From IMG/VR virus record IMGVR_UViG_3300023084_000004: a stretch of DNA of 64,000 nt. One strand, written 5' to 3'. Positions 18,501-28,692 of this stretch are shown here, one piece after another. A program made the translations under genes and the position numbers. A model generated the notes under the pieces. That model had not been told where the DNA came from, searched no databases, and worked only from the letters and a program-made list of their open reading frames with translations. The number at the start of each line of letters is the position of its first letter. Position 1 is the first letter of the stretch. Source of the stretch: a virus.

Positions 18501-21500
18501 CGGAACCAATATTTTGGTTATACACGGCTGTGGTCTTCATAGTAATGCCTACGCCTTTACTATAACTTGGCAATGTTGAGTTTGAAATACTTGTAACTAA
18601 GTTTCTATCATCGCCATTTGCATTTCTTACGTGAACAGTGAAGGAGTTCCAATAAGATACTCTTGGCCACCAGAAACATAATACTCCACCATTTTCAAAT
18701 GCATATAGTGTTCCAAATCCTGCTTTACCAAAATGTTGACCAGAATAGTTGATAATAGTATTATTGTACAAATAACCTTGTGCAATAAAACTAAATGGTG
18801 GATCACCAGAATAAGATTTACCTGTTGCTTCAAGTACGAATGAAGCACCGTTAGTTGCTGTCGCAGGAATACTTGTTCTTACAATTGTACCATTTGCAAA
18901 ATCAGAACCTGAGTGTGCGAATGTTCTTGTGTACCAACCTCTTTGTCTTACATCATAGAGTTCTGATAGATTGCTTGGCTCAACATAGTATCCAGTAGAA
19001 TTTCTATCTCTAAATATGTCAGCTCTTACGTCGTTTTCAGCATATACGTGTCTATCATTTTGTAGCCACATAATAGCAACATTATCACCAGATGACCAAC
19101 CTCTACCAATACCGTAGTGTGGGTTATTTGATGGTGGATTTGCTCTATATCCAAAACTCAACATCGTTGCATTTGTACCAGGAATACCAATTACCCAATG
19201 TTTTAGGTTACCTGAAGATGCGTTAGCCGAATCATAGGCTGTAAATCTTAATGTAGGACCGTGATTACTGTTATTAATCTCAGATGACATAAGGTTCAAC
19301 TGAGGATATTGTCCTTTAATTGTTAAATCAGGTCTACGTGTTTCTTGAAGTACGCCATTATATAAATTAGACTCATCACCAATATGTAATCTGTATATAA
19401 GTCGTTGTTCATAGAATCTTGTTGTTCCAGCTGGATTAGCGTAGTAGTTTGTATCATTATAGTCGTAATAAATTGGTGAACGCATCTGATTAGGAGCATA
19501 ACCATAACCAGCACGAGTACCTAATTGCTCAACATTAGCAGCATAAAGTTGTACATAGTGATCGTTGGTGTTGCTACCTGAATTTGTAGAACGAATTAAG
19601 TTGTATGCACCATTAGAGCCACCGCGTATTTGAATACCACGATAAGTATTCCAAAGTATTCCATCAAATCCTGAGTTAGCTGCACCTCTAGCATTTGGTC
19701 CACCATAGTAGTCATTCCACAATACGTGGTTAGTATCAGTGCCGGCATTAAACCAAATACCATTGTGTGTATAATTACGCGCAAGTCTTAAACCGTAATT
19801 TCTTAATTCTAAATTATGTAGAATAGAATTTGAAGCCGGGTTTACATAATAGTTTGTATCATTTCTATCATAGAAAATAGATGCACGAACATCGTTTAAG
19901 ATTGAAATACCATTTGGATTTAAATAGTAATTAGCATCATTTAAATCATAATAAATTGGAGCACGCATATGTCTTGTTGCTCTGAATACTTCAGTTGCTA
20001 CTTCAGCATTATATTCTACTTGATCTCCCCAGAATACAAATGTTGCACCTGTACCATCTGGGTTAGCATCAGATACTCTAATTTCAGCATCAAAGCTTGA
20101 GTTAATAAAACCAATTCTATTACCAGCAAGAGTCAGTGTATTCATGTGTGACTGAGATGCTGGATTTACATAGTAATTAGTATCGTTACTATCGTAGAAG
20201 ATTGGAGCACGGAAACTTGTTGGTGAGTACACATAGTTAAAATATGTGATTAAGTTATCACGCGTGTCGTAAGCACCGTATGTTCTCTTGAATCTATGAC
20301 GAATAGATTCATTACCATCGTAATCGTCTTCAGATTGAAGGATGAGAGCGCCAGTGTTTGTTCCACTTGGTGATTCGCCGTAGATCTTCCAAGCATCGTC
20401 ATTACCCATTGTCTGACCAATATAATAGTCAGGTTGTGTTGCAACACTAGCGTATGCGGTACCGACTGGGTTTTGTGGTAATGTTAGTCTTGCAAAATTA
20501 GATGTTCCTGCAGGATCAGCATAAAAGTTCGTATCATCTGTATCTACAAATCTTCTTGCAAACATTTCGTCTGCAGTAATATCACCTGAGAATACTGTAT
20601 CACCATCTTCATCAACATAGAATCTATCGCCTTTACCATTAAAGTGAATAATAAATGCAGATTTACCATTGACATTATCGTGGACTAACCAAGGATAGTT
20701 AGCATCAGCACCACTGTTTCTGAAACCAATTAAGTATCTGTTATTATGATAGACTCCTAATGGATATGAAGTAGAACCTGTTAGAGCACCTTGGTTTCCT
20801 AATTCTAAAGTATTAAATCTTGAACGAGAAGCAAAGTCTCCAAAATATCCTGTATTATCTAAATCATAATAAATTGGTGAGCGTACATCTTGTCTCGAAT
20901 CAATTGAACCAAAGTGATGTCTTGTATTCGTAACAGTAGCACCAGTAACATTTCCAAGAGTTGCTCTTACTTGTTGACCAGTTAAGATTTCAATAGAGTT
21001 TGCTGGTGTTGTTAATTGTTTGCCTGAACCATCTTCTAATGTGATACCACTTACTGCAACCCAATGCCATCTTACATATGAATCCCAAGTGATGCTGTCC
21101 ATTTGCATCCAAATTCGGTTGTTATTATCAACACGAACTTTTGGTGTACCATTATTGAGTGGGCCAGTTGTATGATGGTCAATAGAAATTGAACTACTAT
21201 TCCATGAACTGATTACAATTCTACCAATAACATTACCACTATAGTTTACATCGTCTTTAGCGTAATATTCTAAGAAACCTTTTGCACCACCATTATTTGT
21301 AACACCAACTGGAATCCAGTAATATTGTGTATTAGGTGTTTGTGATGTGCTATAACTATATGTACTTTGTTGATACCAATAAGATTCAACTGGGTTATTT
21401 TGTAAATAACCACCTTGTTCGAACGTACCATTAACAATTAAGTTTTGAATATTTGAAGTATTGTTAGGATCTACATAGAATGCTGTATTATTTAAGTCAT

Positions 21501-24500
21501 AGAATATTGGAGTACGTAATTGGTTATTTGCTCTAAAGTATCCGTTGTCTGTTCTTGCTTGTTCACCACCATTATACATTAATCTCATGTATGAGTTGCG
21601 ATCTGCGTACCAGATCCATTCATTATCTACATCATTGTAAACACCTACACGATTTGCGCCATCATGCATGAATACAAAACGGTCATCAATACTGAATCCT
21701 GAGTATCCATTTCTTGCGCCACCGCTTACTGCAAATGAACCATAATCTCCTGTAGGCTCTCTTAATACAACAGCGTTACCATCAAGTTTGATAGTATCCA
21801 TTCTAGATTCTGAATTTGGATCTACAAAATAATTAGTATTATTTGAATCATAGAAAATTGGTGCGCGGAATGAGCCTGAAGCAACAACAAAGCTACCAGA
21901 CCTTGGACCTTTCATTGCCCATTGACCGGTTGCGCTACCATCATGGCCCCACATACCCCATTCGCCGTTATTGATTTGAGTTAAACCTGTCCAAGTATTA
22001 CCATCAGAACCAACAATACTTGTAGCACCACCACGATATCCAAGTGACATACCATAAGCAGACATTGAACCTGTTGAACTGTTATGTTCTGTGAAGAATA
22101 TTCTTGATGAACCTTCACCTGAAGTATCTGCATTACCTTCGATAGATAACCATCTACCTTTTTGAGCTTCTGCGTTTGATGCTGTTCCATTTCCAGGTAA
22201 ACCAAATGATAGATTTCCACCAAAGAAACCTGCATTACTTCCGGCATTACCTGTTGCGTTTGGATCTAAATAATATCTATTGTCGTCTTGATCATAGTAG
22301 ATAGAAGCATACATTCCACCGCCGCCACCAGTAATCTGAATTGGTCTGTTAAATTGGAATGTATTTGTTCCAGTTGATGTAGATAGAATCTCGAATCTTA
22401 AAGAATGATCTGTGGTATCAGTTTCGTCTTGCCAATATTGAATGTAACCTATACCATCTGTAATATACTGGCGAATACGTTCTGATGAGCTACGGCCAAC
22501 ATTTAATTCACCAGTGGTTGCACCACTGTAAACATTTAAGTATTTAAGTACAGAAGTTCCATCACCATCAATAAAGAAAGTATTATCATCAGAGTCATAA
22601 TAACGAGGTGCATAAACATTTCCTTGGAAATCAGCGGAATCATTGTCAATGTTTAATCTTTGAACTCCATTTGTCCAAACTCTGAATGTATCATTAGCTT
22701 CAAAACCAAAATAAGTGTTTGTATCTCCACGATGACGAATATAGTCATCAATGTCGATAGTATTCATTTGTGAATCACCAGCTGGGTCTACATAATAATT
22801 TGTATTATCAACGTCATAATAAGTTGAAGCGTAGAAATCGCCGTTAGATGAAAAATCTTTATTGTTTCGAATCTTAACTGTAGTGGTGTTGTCCATGTAG
22901 AAACCACCACCTGAACCAAATCCTAGTTCATCACCTTTTAAGAATGTAGCAGTTCCATTTCCAACAACAAAAGCATCGTCTAAACTAGCTAATTGAACAG
23001 ATCCACCAACATGTAATTTATTGTCTGTTGTTGCGCCTATAAGAGGTGTATTATCATTTGCTGTATATGTAGGACCAGTAGAGTTATTGACCATAACATT
23101 AGCGCTATCGTCAACAATTAATGCTTCAGTATAACCTGATGTCCAGAATCCCCAGTTAGTACTTGCTTTTAGAACTTGATAAAGATTACCAGAAGCATCA
23201 CCTCTAAATTGTCCGCCAGCAGTTCCGTCTGCATTAAACTGAAGATACACATTAGATGCATTTGTTGGATTATTTCCAATATCAATTCTATTTAAATTGA
23301 GTAATGCAGCTCCACCATTAGATCCACTAATTTGAATATTTGAATTTGTACCTGCAGCATTTGGCTGAATCGTGATACCACCATCACCTGTGTTATCATC
23401 TGTTCTATCTGCATCAGATACATTACCAATTAAAATTTTACCAGCAGCAGTTAATGATGTTGTCGTACTTGAACCATCAAAATAATAATCATTATTATCT
23501 GAATCATAATAGATTCCAGCATACATTGTAGGAGCTGTAATAGAAAGAGTACTTGTGATTGCAGAAGTATTAGCTGTAAATCTTATGGTTCCGCCGGTTG
23601 AAATTACAAATTCATCATTATTCGGAAATCCGATGTATGTATCAGTATCACCATTGTGAGCAATATAATCATCAAGACCAATATCATTCATTACCGAAGT
23701 GCCGGCAAAATTACCATAATAAGCTGTATTATTTGAATCGTAGAAAATAGGTGAACGCATCTGATCATTTGCTAATACATAAGTATTATTAACAAGTAAT
23801 CTTTGAGAACCACCAGTTACTACTCTAAAACTATCTGCTGCATTAAACTGTAAATAAGTATCTGCATCACCGTCGTGAATAATTTCACCAACTAATGAAA
23901 TATCATTTAATCTTGAGCTGCTAGCTGGATCGACATAATAAGTAGCATTACCACTGTCGTAATATCTACCTGCATATAAGTTCGGGAAGAAACCGTCGAC
24001 TGCACCAGTAATAAATGTTCCGTTAATTTCTAAACGCTGAGTACCATCAGTAAAGAATTGAATATTATCGTTTGCGTTAAATCCGAAATAAGTATTTGTA
24101 TCACCATTATGGAAGATGTAATCATCGATTCCTATGGTGTTCATTACTGAAGTACCAGCTGGATCTACTTCATATGTTGGGTCATCGGCATCTTGGAATT
24201 TTGAAACTTGTAATGTTCTATACGTTCTTAAAATTGTGTTATTAGCAAATAATGCTTCAGTACCACCAGTGTAGATAACAGCTTCATCGGCATTAGGGAA
24301 TCCGATATAGGTATTTAAATCTGAACGATGCCTAATAAAGTTATCAATATCAATACCAGACATCTGAGAAGTAGCATGGAAATCACCATAATAATCGCGA
24401 TTATTTCGATCATAATATCTCGGTGCTTCCATTTCACTAAGAGCAGTAACAGTATTTGCAGTAATATCAGTAGCAACTATATTACCAATATATACGCCAC

Positions 24501-25902
24501 TATTATTTGCAGTTAATCTTGTTGCTCCACCGGTGTTAAGCTTTATTGTATCATCAGTAAAATTAACTTTTGTATCTGTATCATTATTATGGAAAAGATC
24601 ATCATCAATTCCTATATTATTCATTACAGAAGTATCAGCAGGATTTACATAATAGTTATTATTATCTGCATCTAAAAATCTTTGTCCAATTACGTCTGTA
24701 CCTGCAGTAACTGTTGTTCCTGCAGCGACTGTTGTTCCTGCACTTACTGAACCCGCTGTTGCTGAAATATTACCAGTTGTCGCGGTAATATTTTCATCTG
24801 CTACAAGATGTCTATCTGTTCTTAAATCTCTTCCGATATATACGTCTCTATTTTGGTCTACTTTTAACGACCAACTAGAATTTGAATCTAAGAATCCAGC
24901 ATCGCCATTATTAGAATAGATAACACCATCTGCGCCTGTTCCTGCAAGAGTAATTTGTGCAGGACCTGCATTATCTCCAACAGTAAGATTACCTTCAATT
25001 GTTATATTACCTGCAGCAATATCATCAACATCTGATCTTAAGAATTGGTATCCTTCTAAACCATCAACCGTATCTGCATCAAATCCATTATTAGCACCTT
25101 CATCGGCTGTTGTAATAATACGACCTAAGTCGGTTCCAGCTGAGTTGAGTTTAAACCAATCATTTGTTTCATCCCAAAGAACTCCAGAATTTGCTGAAGA
25201 TCCACGGTTAACTTCCCAACCTGCATCTTGTGTAGGTGCACCAGAATGATTTGCATTAAGAGTAAGAATATTGTCCGATAAAAGAATTGTTTCGGTATCT
25301 ACATAAGTTGTATTACCTGAAACTGTAAGATCACCATCAATTGTTAAATTTTGTTGAATGGTATAACTACCAGCCATAATGTCATCGACATCAGCACGAA
25401 CAAATTGAGAAGCTTCTAAACCATCAACTGTGTCTGCATCAAAACCATTACCAGGACCCTCATCGGCCGTGGTAATAATTCTGTTTCCATCAATATCTGT
25501 TGTTGATAAACCAGTAAAGTGATTTCCTGTTGAATCAATATTTAAACGGTCACTACCATTATATTGAATAACAACACCTGGTGTACTATCATAGAAGATA
25601 ATACCATTATTTTGTTGAGTGTTAACGATTGAATAATCGCCGGTGCCAATATTTTTAACTTGAAGAGCATCAGAATCACCACGGAATGTGGCTACGATTG
25701 TAGAAGAACCAGCACCTAAGAAATTATGAACATCGAGAGTGGCAGACGACGCGGTATTACTAGATATACTAGTTTCACCTGATAAATTTGTTGTTCCTGT
25801 AACTTGAAGTTGATCAACACCATTATCGGTAGTACTACCAATAACAGCATTTTCAGGAGTCAAGAGTCCATTCTTGACTATAAATTTTTTGTCATTTGCC
25901 AT
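15589..25902 (-). CDS. Giant modular tail fibre/adhesin (~3437 aa) with a C-terminal peptidase-S74 intramolecular chaperone
   Basis: ~24 copies of an [AS]PIFYDxNxTxYYVDP junction motif; C-terminal WSDRRLKENI...LKPSRFNW...IAQE...YDKITPFLIQAVKDL; start placed at ATG 25902 after GGGGAGAG (ORF track starts at 25911). Confidence 0.85.
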   Translation of the reverse strand: MANDKKFIVKNGLLTPENAVIGSTTDNGVDQLQVTGTTNLSGETSISSNTASSATLDVHNFLGAGSSTIVATFRGDSDALQVKNIGTGDYSIVNTQQNNGIIFYDSTPGVVIQYNGSDRLNIDSTGNHFTGLSTTDIDGNRIITTADEGPGNGFDADTVDGLEASQFVRADVDDIMAGSYTIQQNLTIDGDLTVSGNTTYVDTETILLSDNILTLNANHSGAPTQDAGWEVNRGSSANSGVLWDETNDWFKLNSAGTDLGRIITTADEGANNGFDADTVDGLEGYQFLRSDVDDIAAGNITIEGNLTVGDNAGPAQITLAGTGADGVIYSNNGDAGFLDSNSSWSLKVDQNRDVYIGRDLRTDRHLVADENITATTGNISATAGSVSAGTTVAAGTTVTAGTDVIGQRFLDADNNNYYVNPADTSVMNNIGIDDDLFHNNDTDTKVNFTDDTIKLNTGGATRLTANNSGVYIGNIVATDITANTVTALSEMEAPRYYDRNNRDYYGDFHATSQMSGIDIDNFIRHRSDLNTYIGFPNADEAVIYTGGTEALFANNTILRTYRTLQVSKFQDADDPTYEVDPAGTSVMNTIGIDDYIFHNGDTNTYFGFNANDNIQFFTDGTQRLEINGTFITGAVDGFFPNLYAGRYYDSGNATYYVDPASSSRLNDISLVGEIIHDGDADTYLQFNAADSFRVVTGGSQRLLVNNTYVLANDQMRSPIFYDSNNTAYYGNFAGTSVMNDIGLDDYIAHNGDTDTYIGFPNNDEFVISTGGTIRFTANTSAITSTLSITAPTMYAGIYYDSDNNDYYFDGSSTTTSLTAAGKILIGNVSDADRTDDNTGDGGITIQPNAAGTNSNIQISGSNGGAALLNLNRIDIGNNPTNASNVYLQFNADGTAGGQFRGDASGNLYQVLKASTNWGFWTSGYTEALIVDDSANVMVNNSTGPTYTANDNTPLIGATTDNKLHVGGSVQLASLDDAFVVGNGTATFLKGDELGFGSGGGFYMDNTTTVKIRNNKDFSSNGDFYASTYYDVDNTNYYVDPAGDSQMNTIDIDDYIRHRGDTNTYFGFEANDTFRVWTNGVQRLNIDNDSADFQGNVYAPRYYDSDDNTFFIDGDGTSVLKYLNVYSGATTGELNVGRSSSERIRQYITDGIGYIQYWQDETDTTDHSLRFEILSTSTGTNTFQFNRPIQITGGGGGMYASIYYDQDDNRYYLDPNATGNAGSNAGFFGGNLSFGLPGNGTASNAEAQKGRWLSIEGNADTSGEGSSRIFFTEHNSSTGSMSAYGMSLGYRGGATSIVGSDGNTWTGLTQINNGEWGMWGHDGSATGQWAMKGPRSGSFVVASGSFRAPIFYDSNNTNYFVDPNSESRMDTIKLDGNAVVLREPTGDYGSFAVSGGARNGYSGFSIDDRFVFMHDGANRVGVYNDVDNEWIWYADRNSYMRLMYNGGEQARTDNGYFRANNQLRTPIFYDLNNTAFYVDPNNTSNIQNLIVNGTFEQGGYLQNNPVESYWYQQSTYSYSTSQTPNTQYYWIPVGVTNNGGAKGFLEYYAKDDVNYSGNVIGRIVISSWNSSSISIDHHTTGPLNNGTPKVRVDNNNRIWMQMDSITWDSYVRWHWVAVSGITLEDGSGKQLTTPANSIEILTGQQVRATLGNVTGATVTNTRHHFGSIDSRQDVRSPIYYDLDNTGYFGDFASRSRFNTLELGNQGALTGSTSYPLGVYHNNRYLIGFRNSGADANYPWLVHDNVNGKSAFIIHFNGKGDRFYVDEDGDTVFSGDITADEMFARRFVDTDDTNFYADPAGTSNFARLTLPQNPVGTAYASVATQPDYYIGQTMGNDDAWKIYGESPSGTNTGALILQSEDDYDGNESIRHRFKRTYGAYDTRDNLITYFNYVYSPTSFRAPIFYDSNDTNYYVNPASQSHMNTLTLAGNRIGFINSSFDAEIRVSDANPDGTGATFVFWGDQVEYNAEVATEVFRATRHMRAPIYYDLNDANYYLNPNGISILNDVRASIFYDRNDTNYYVNPASNSILHNLELRNYGLRLARNYTHNGIWFNAGTDTNHVLWNDYYGGPNARGAANSGFDGILWNTYRGIQIRGGSNGAYNLIRSTNSGSNTNDHYVQLYAANVEQLGTRAGYGYAPNQMRSPIYYDYNDTNYYANPAGTTRFYEQRLIYRLHIGDESNLYNGVLQETRRPDLTIKGQYPQLNLMSSEINNSNHGPTLRFTAYDSANASSGNLKHWVIGIPGTNATMLSFGYRANPPSNNPHYGIGRGWSSGDNVAIMWLQNDRHVYAENDVRADIFRDRNSTGYYVEPSNLSELYDVRQRGWYTRTFAHSGSDFANGTIVRTSIPATATNGASFVLEATGKSYSGDPPFSFIAQGYLYNNTIINYSGQHFGKAGFGTLYAFENGGVLCFWWPRVSYWNSFTVHVRNANGDDRNLVTSISNSTLPSYSKGVGITMKTTAVYNQNIGSGAMYATIYYDANDAGYYADPNGNSQFSRLYLNADLRMQGGAPIYFYTSSGSLRGYIRATETNDSHFEFATSGGEDFIFRDGGFGGSWNQIIRGNGQVLIASRLDTPIIYDRNNTGYYVDPNGSTQLRTVYANDWFRPQGNTGLYFQSYGHGLWAPESEGNSYGNVATYGSGRNGWRGYGLGSRWVLMSTGGDNIGIHDNSRTWMYYWNGSYHQYNYGYLQAQGSMRAPIFYDTNDTGYYFNGASDNSTRFRGVNNLTMAFMGLSGQTRSSKEYYAARPRITGDTNYWTGSVGWSRVNMNTVADWGSGFFDSWSNPPNQPSGTSHWVGVQAYHYTNGSARYGWQLAGGPISGLWFRNTWSGFSSWKKVAMHGVNEYSGSFYASIYYDSDNTGYYCDPNGTSRLNATDANEHYTYGWFRNRNSGNGLYNQATGMHFYSNNGYYKYAGGGYSYGGLVAYRNYESDLRGYAGYWDGNGFGLLNSSGNWQVRIFYGNSHMELYRVTYMNDARAYIFYDRNNTAYYADPNGNSRFNVTRTNTAYGGSDTNKGRLQGYGTWSSEFHKMAYISFDWNANYDYYYYHGLSSTDINGSFTDSMSLNSFNDINLRLDSNNNNGNSYVRIHDNGSGNSQNVAYIGREGGNAIAYFYNRVYGSVFYDHDSSYYANMNTWSRFWGLGTFYLRNNYDVSTNHEYGVAFANNQSTAYRVYREGGGWSYPYPDLRIAFHTGLKFGANPSYEGMRFYTDYNMASLVWQFNGGSNYSYQYRWNNLTGYHGIYSGINGAHFYPNNASYGSWRVQGSRNGWGGMQFDNNICLMMNYTEHGFYSTSFGWRLYLNGSVYTPGNVVAYWSDRRLKENIQELPRGEGLDTIMKLKPSRFNWKKEAEQVTAGVIEGGMEEVAVIAQETQDVIPNSVVINKAGNGGKDKIMVDGEELKDFLTVNYDKITPFLIQAVKDLKSELDELREEVKFLRGDK

Positions 25903-25949
25903 TCGGTTCACTCTCCCCAGATAGGCGATTTAAATTGTAATTACTTTTC

Positions 25950-25957
25950 TATTTATT
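25950..25957 (-). promoter_or_regulatory. Late promoter variant AATAAATA
   Basis: ATAAATA core overlapping the upstream stop, in front of the giant fibre gene. Confidence 0.6.
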
Positions 25958-28658
25958 AAATATCTATTAATGTTATTTGCATCTTGTAATATTTAAGACT
26001 ACTATTTGCTGGTGTAATCTTAAAATCTATGTTTCCACTATTATATGCAACATCAAATGTTGCTAAAACAGAGCCAGTTGTTATTTCACCAAACTCAGTT
26101 GCATAAGCTGTTGCACCATCATGTGTTATAAGCAGCTTACTAATATGTCTAGAATTTCCTAATTGTGCTACAACAATTATTTCAGCACCACCATATAGTG
26201 TTGCGTCAAAACTGTAAGCAGTAAATTGAGATGTTCCTATCGATAATTTTTCTTCTGAATCAAATGTAGCAGCTTCTAAAGAAATTGTATTTGCAACTGT
26301 AAGTGCACCGGACATTGTATCACCAGTAACATTTACATATAGTGCATCTGCCTGTGCTTGAGTTAGGAAGCTTAATGTTTTAGTTGTATGTGATAAGACG
26401 TGGCCAAAAGTATCGAAATTTAAACTTTCAATAACATCATTACCAGTTACTGCAACATTTGCTACACTACTTGTATCTGCGTGACTAATTGTTACGTTTG
26501 CAGACAAAGGTCCACCATCAGTAAGACCAGCACCAGCTATAATCTGTGTTGTTTTATCTGTTTTAAGATCAAGTAAACCGTCGGTTTCTGTTTCTGTATA
26601 ATATCTTGTGTCTAAATCTATTGAACCTACAGTTTGAACATGGCCATAAGTATCAAAACTAATATCTTGTAATACATTACCGTTTGAATTATCAACATCA
26701 GCAACTGATGATGTATCAGCGTGTTGAATAATAATTGATGTATTTGAAAAATCGTTAAGATTAAAACTTCCGCTACCAGTTAGTCCTGTATTTCCAATAA
26801 TAGTAACAAGACCATTACCAACACCACCGGCCGCAGTATTCGCTGCTTGAGATAGAATATCAGATGCATGTAAACCATCTAATAAATCGGCATCTAATCC
26901 TGATCCTGTTCCATCTAACGAAAGAACAGCATTAAAGATTTCAGTATTTGACTGATCAGCTGTAGCACCTGCTTCAATTCCATCAAGCTTTGTACCATCA
27001 GCTGCAATATCTCTTCCATCAACTAAACCTGCAACTGTAATGTTATTAGCACTTATATCATTAAATGAATCTATAACTGTGTTAAATGTCGAACCATCAC
27101 CAGTTTGAATTGCAAATGTATTATTTGCTGAATACCAGTTTGTTGCGTCAACACCGGCAACTGCAGTGTTACTTGCACTTGTGATACGACCATCTTCATC
27201 AATTGTAATAACTGGAATTTGAGAAGCAGTTCCGTATGTACCAGCAATTACTCCTGTATTTGCCAGTTCTGTTGCAATTTGAATTGTTCCATTAGATGAT
27301 GAAGCAGTACCTGTAACTTTACCAGATAATTCAACTGCTGTTGTAGTTTTAACATGGAAATTAGAACCATCACCTGTTGTAAGTAATATCGTATTGTTTG
27401 CTACTGTATAGACAAAATCATCGACACCTGCAACTGAAGTATTACTTGCTGCAGTTAATCGTCCATCTTCATCAACAGTAAAAATAGGAATTTGTGTTGA
27501 ACTACCATAAGTTCCTGGAGTAACGGTTGTGTTTGCTAATTCAGTAACAAGAGTCATTACACCCGTGTTAGATGATGCAGTTCCTGTTACTTTGCCAGTA
27601 AGTGTAAGATCTAATCCATCTTCTAATAAATCAAGTTTAGCACCATCGGCAGCAATATCACGTCCATCTACTAATCCAGAAACTATAATATTATTTGCTG
27701 TAATATCATTTGTAGTAATATCTGCAAAGGTATCAATAACTGTGTTGAATACTGAACCATCGCCAGTTTCAATTGAATACGTATTATTTGCTGAATACCA
27801 TTGAGTCGCATTTACTCCAGCAACTGCAGTATTCGAAAGAGCTGTAATTCTTCCATCAACATCTACAGTAACAATAGGAATTTGAGAAGCATTACCATAA
27901 GTTCCTGGAGTTACTCCAGTATCGGTAAGTTCTAAATTGATGTTAATTGTACCATCAGTAACATCTGTAAGTGTTGTGTTTCCACTTCCTTCTACGTCAC
28001 CAGTAATAACAACATCAATCTTAGGATCTGGTTTATTTGTTGTATTTGTCCAATCTAAATAATATGTACCTTCTTGACCATCTAATGTATCAGCATCTAA
28101 ACCACTACCTGATCCTTCATCACCTGTGGTTAATATTCTACCTGTTACACCACCTGAAGCAATTTCCCAATAATCACTTGCTTCATTCCATTGAAGTACT
28201 ACATTATTTGAACTTCCTCTTTCAACTTCAAGACCAGCATCTTGAGTTGGAGCACCTGTATGATTTGCATTAAGAGTAATAATGTTATCAGATAACTGAA
28301 TCGTTTCTGTATTAACGTAAGTAGTATTACCTGATACTGTAAGATCACCTGTAATTGTTAAATTAGCAGCAAACGTATCATCAACGTCTGATCTTAAATA
28401 TTGAGTGGAATCTAATCCATCGAGGAGGTCTGCATCTAAACCTGAATTTGCGCCGTCAACTGTTTTGATTAAAGCAAGAAGATCGTTCGGGTCAGCACTA
28501 AACTCTACGATGCTTTCAGTATTTGAAACTGAATCGTATTGTTTAATGAAGATTTTACCGTCTTGTGTATTGATCGCAAGTTCGCCCAACTCCAATTGGG
28601 CAATAGTAGGCACGCGACCGGCAACGGCACTTCTTTTAAGCTTAATCAATGTTGACAT
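25956..28658 (-). CDS. Tail fibre protein with Mtd-N-like anchor and internal repeats
   Basis: N-terminal IKLKRSAVAGRVPTIAQLELGELAIN; repeated GLDADLLDG and GTYG...IP..TVDxDGRIT motifs. Confidence 0.78.
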   Translation of the reverse strand: MSTLIKLKRSAVAGRVPTIAQLELGELAINTQDGKIFIKQYDSVSNTESIVEFSADPNDLLALIKTVDGANSGLDADLLDGLDSTQYLRSDVDDTFAANLTITGDLTVSGNTTYVNTETIQLSDNIITLNANHTGAPTQDAGLEVERGSSNNVVLQWNEASDYWEIASGGVTGRILTTGDEGSGSGLDADTLDGQEGTYYLDWTNTTNKPDPKIDVVITGDVEGSGNTTLTDVTDGTININLELTDTGVTPGTYGNASQIPIVTVDVDGRITALSNTAVAGVNATQWYSANNTYSIETGDGSVFNTVIDTFADITTNDITANNIIVSGLVDGRDIAADGAKLDLLEDGLDLTLTGKVTGTASSNTGVMTLVTELANTTVTPGTYGSSTQIPIFTVDEDGRLTAASNTSVAGVDDFVYTVANNTILLTTGDGSNFHVKTTTAVELSGKVTGTASSSNGTIQIATELANTGVIAGTYGTASQIPVITIDEDGRITSASNTAVAGVDATNWYSANNTFAIQTGDGSTFNTVIDSFNDISANNITVAGLVDGRDIAADGTKLDGIEAGATADQSNTEIFNAVLSLDGTGSGLDADLLDGLHASDILSQAANTAAGGVGNGLVTIIGNTGLTGSGSFNLNDFSNTSIIIQHADTSSVADVDNSNGNVLQDISFDTYGHVQTVGSIDLDTRYYTETETDGLLDLKTDKTTQIIAGAGLTDGGPLSANVTISHADTSSVANVAVTGNDVIESLNFDTFGHVLSHTTKTLSFLTQAQADALYVNVTGDTMSGALTVANTISLEAATFDSEEKLSIGTSQFTAYSFDATLYGGAEIIVVAQLGNSRHISKLLITHDGATAYATEFGEITTGSVLATFDVAYNSGNIDFKITPANSSLKYYKMQITLIDI
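26985..27910 (-). repeat. Three imperfect coding repeats (GTYGxxxQIPxxTVDxDGRITxASNTxVAGV...TGDGS)
   Basis: Visible in the translation of the 900-aa fibre; two copies continue into GLVDGRDIAADG. Confidence 0.8.
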
Positions 28659-28692
28659 ATATATGTCCCTTTTTCACGCCTATATAGGCAGG

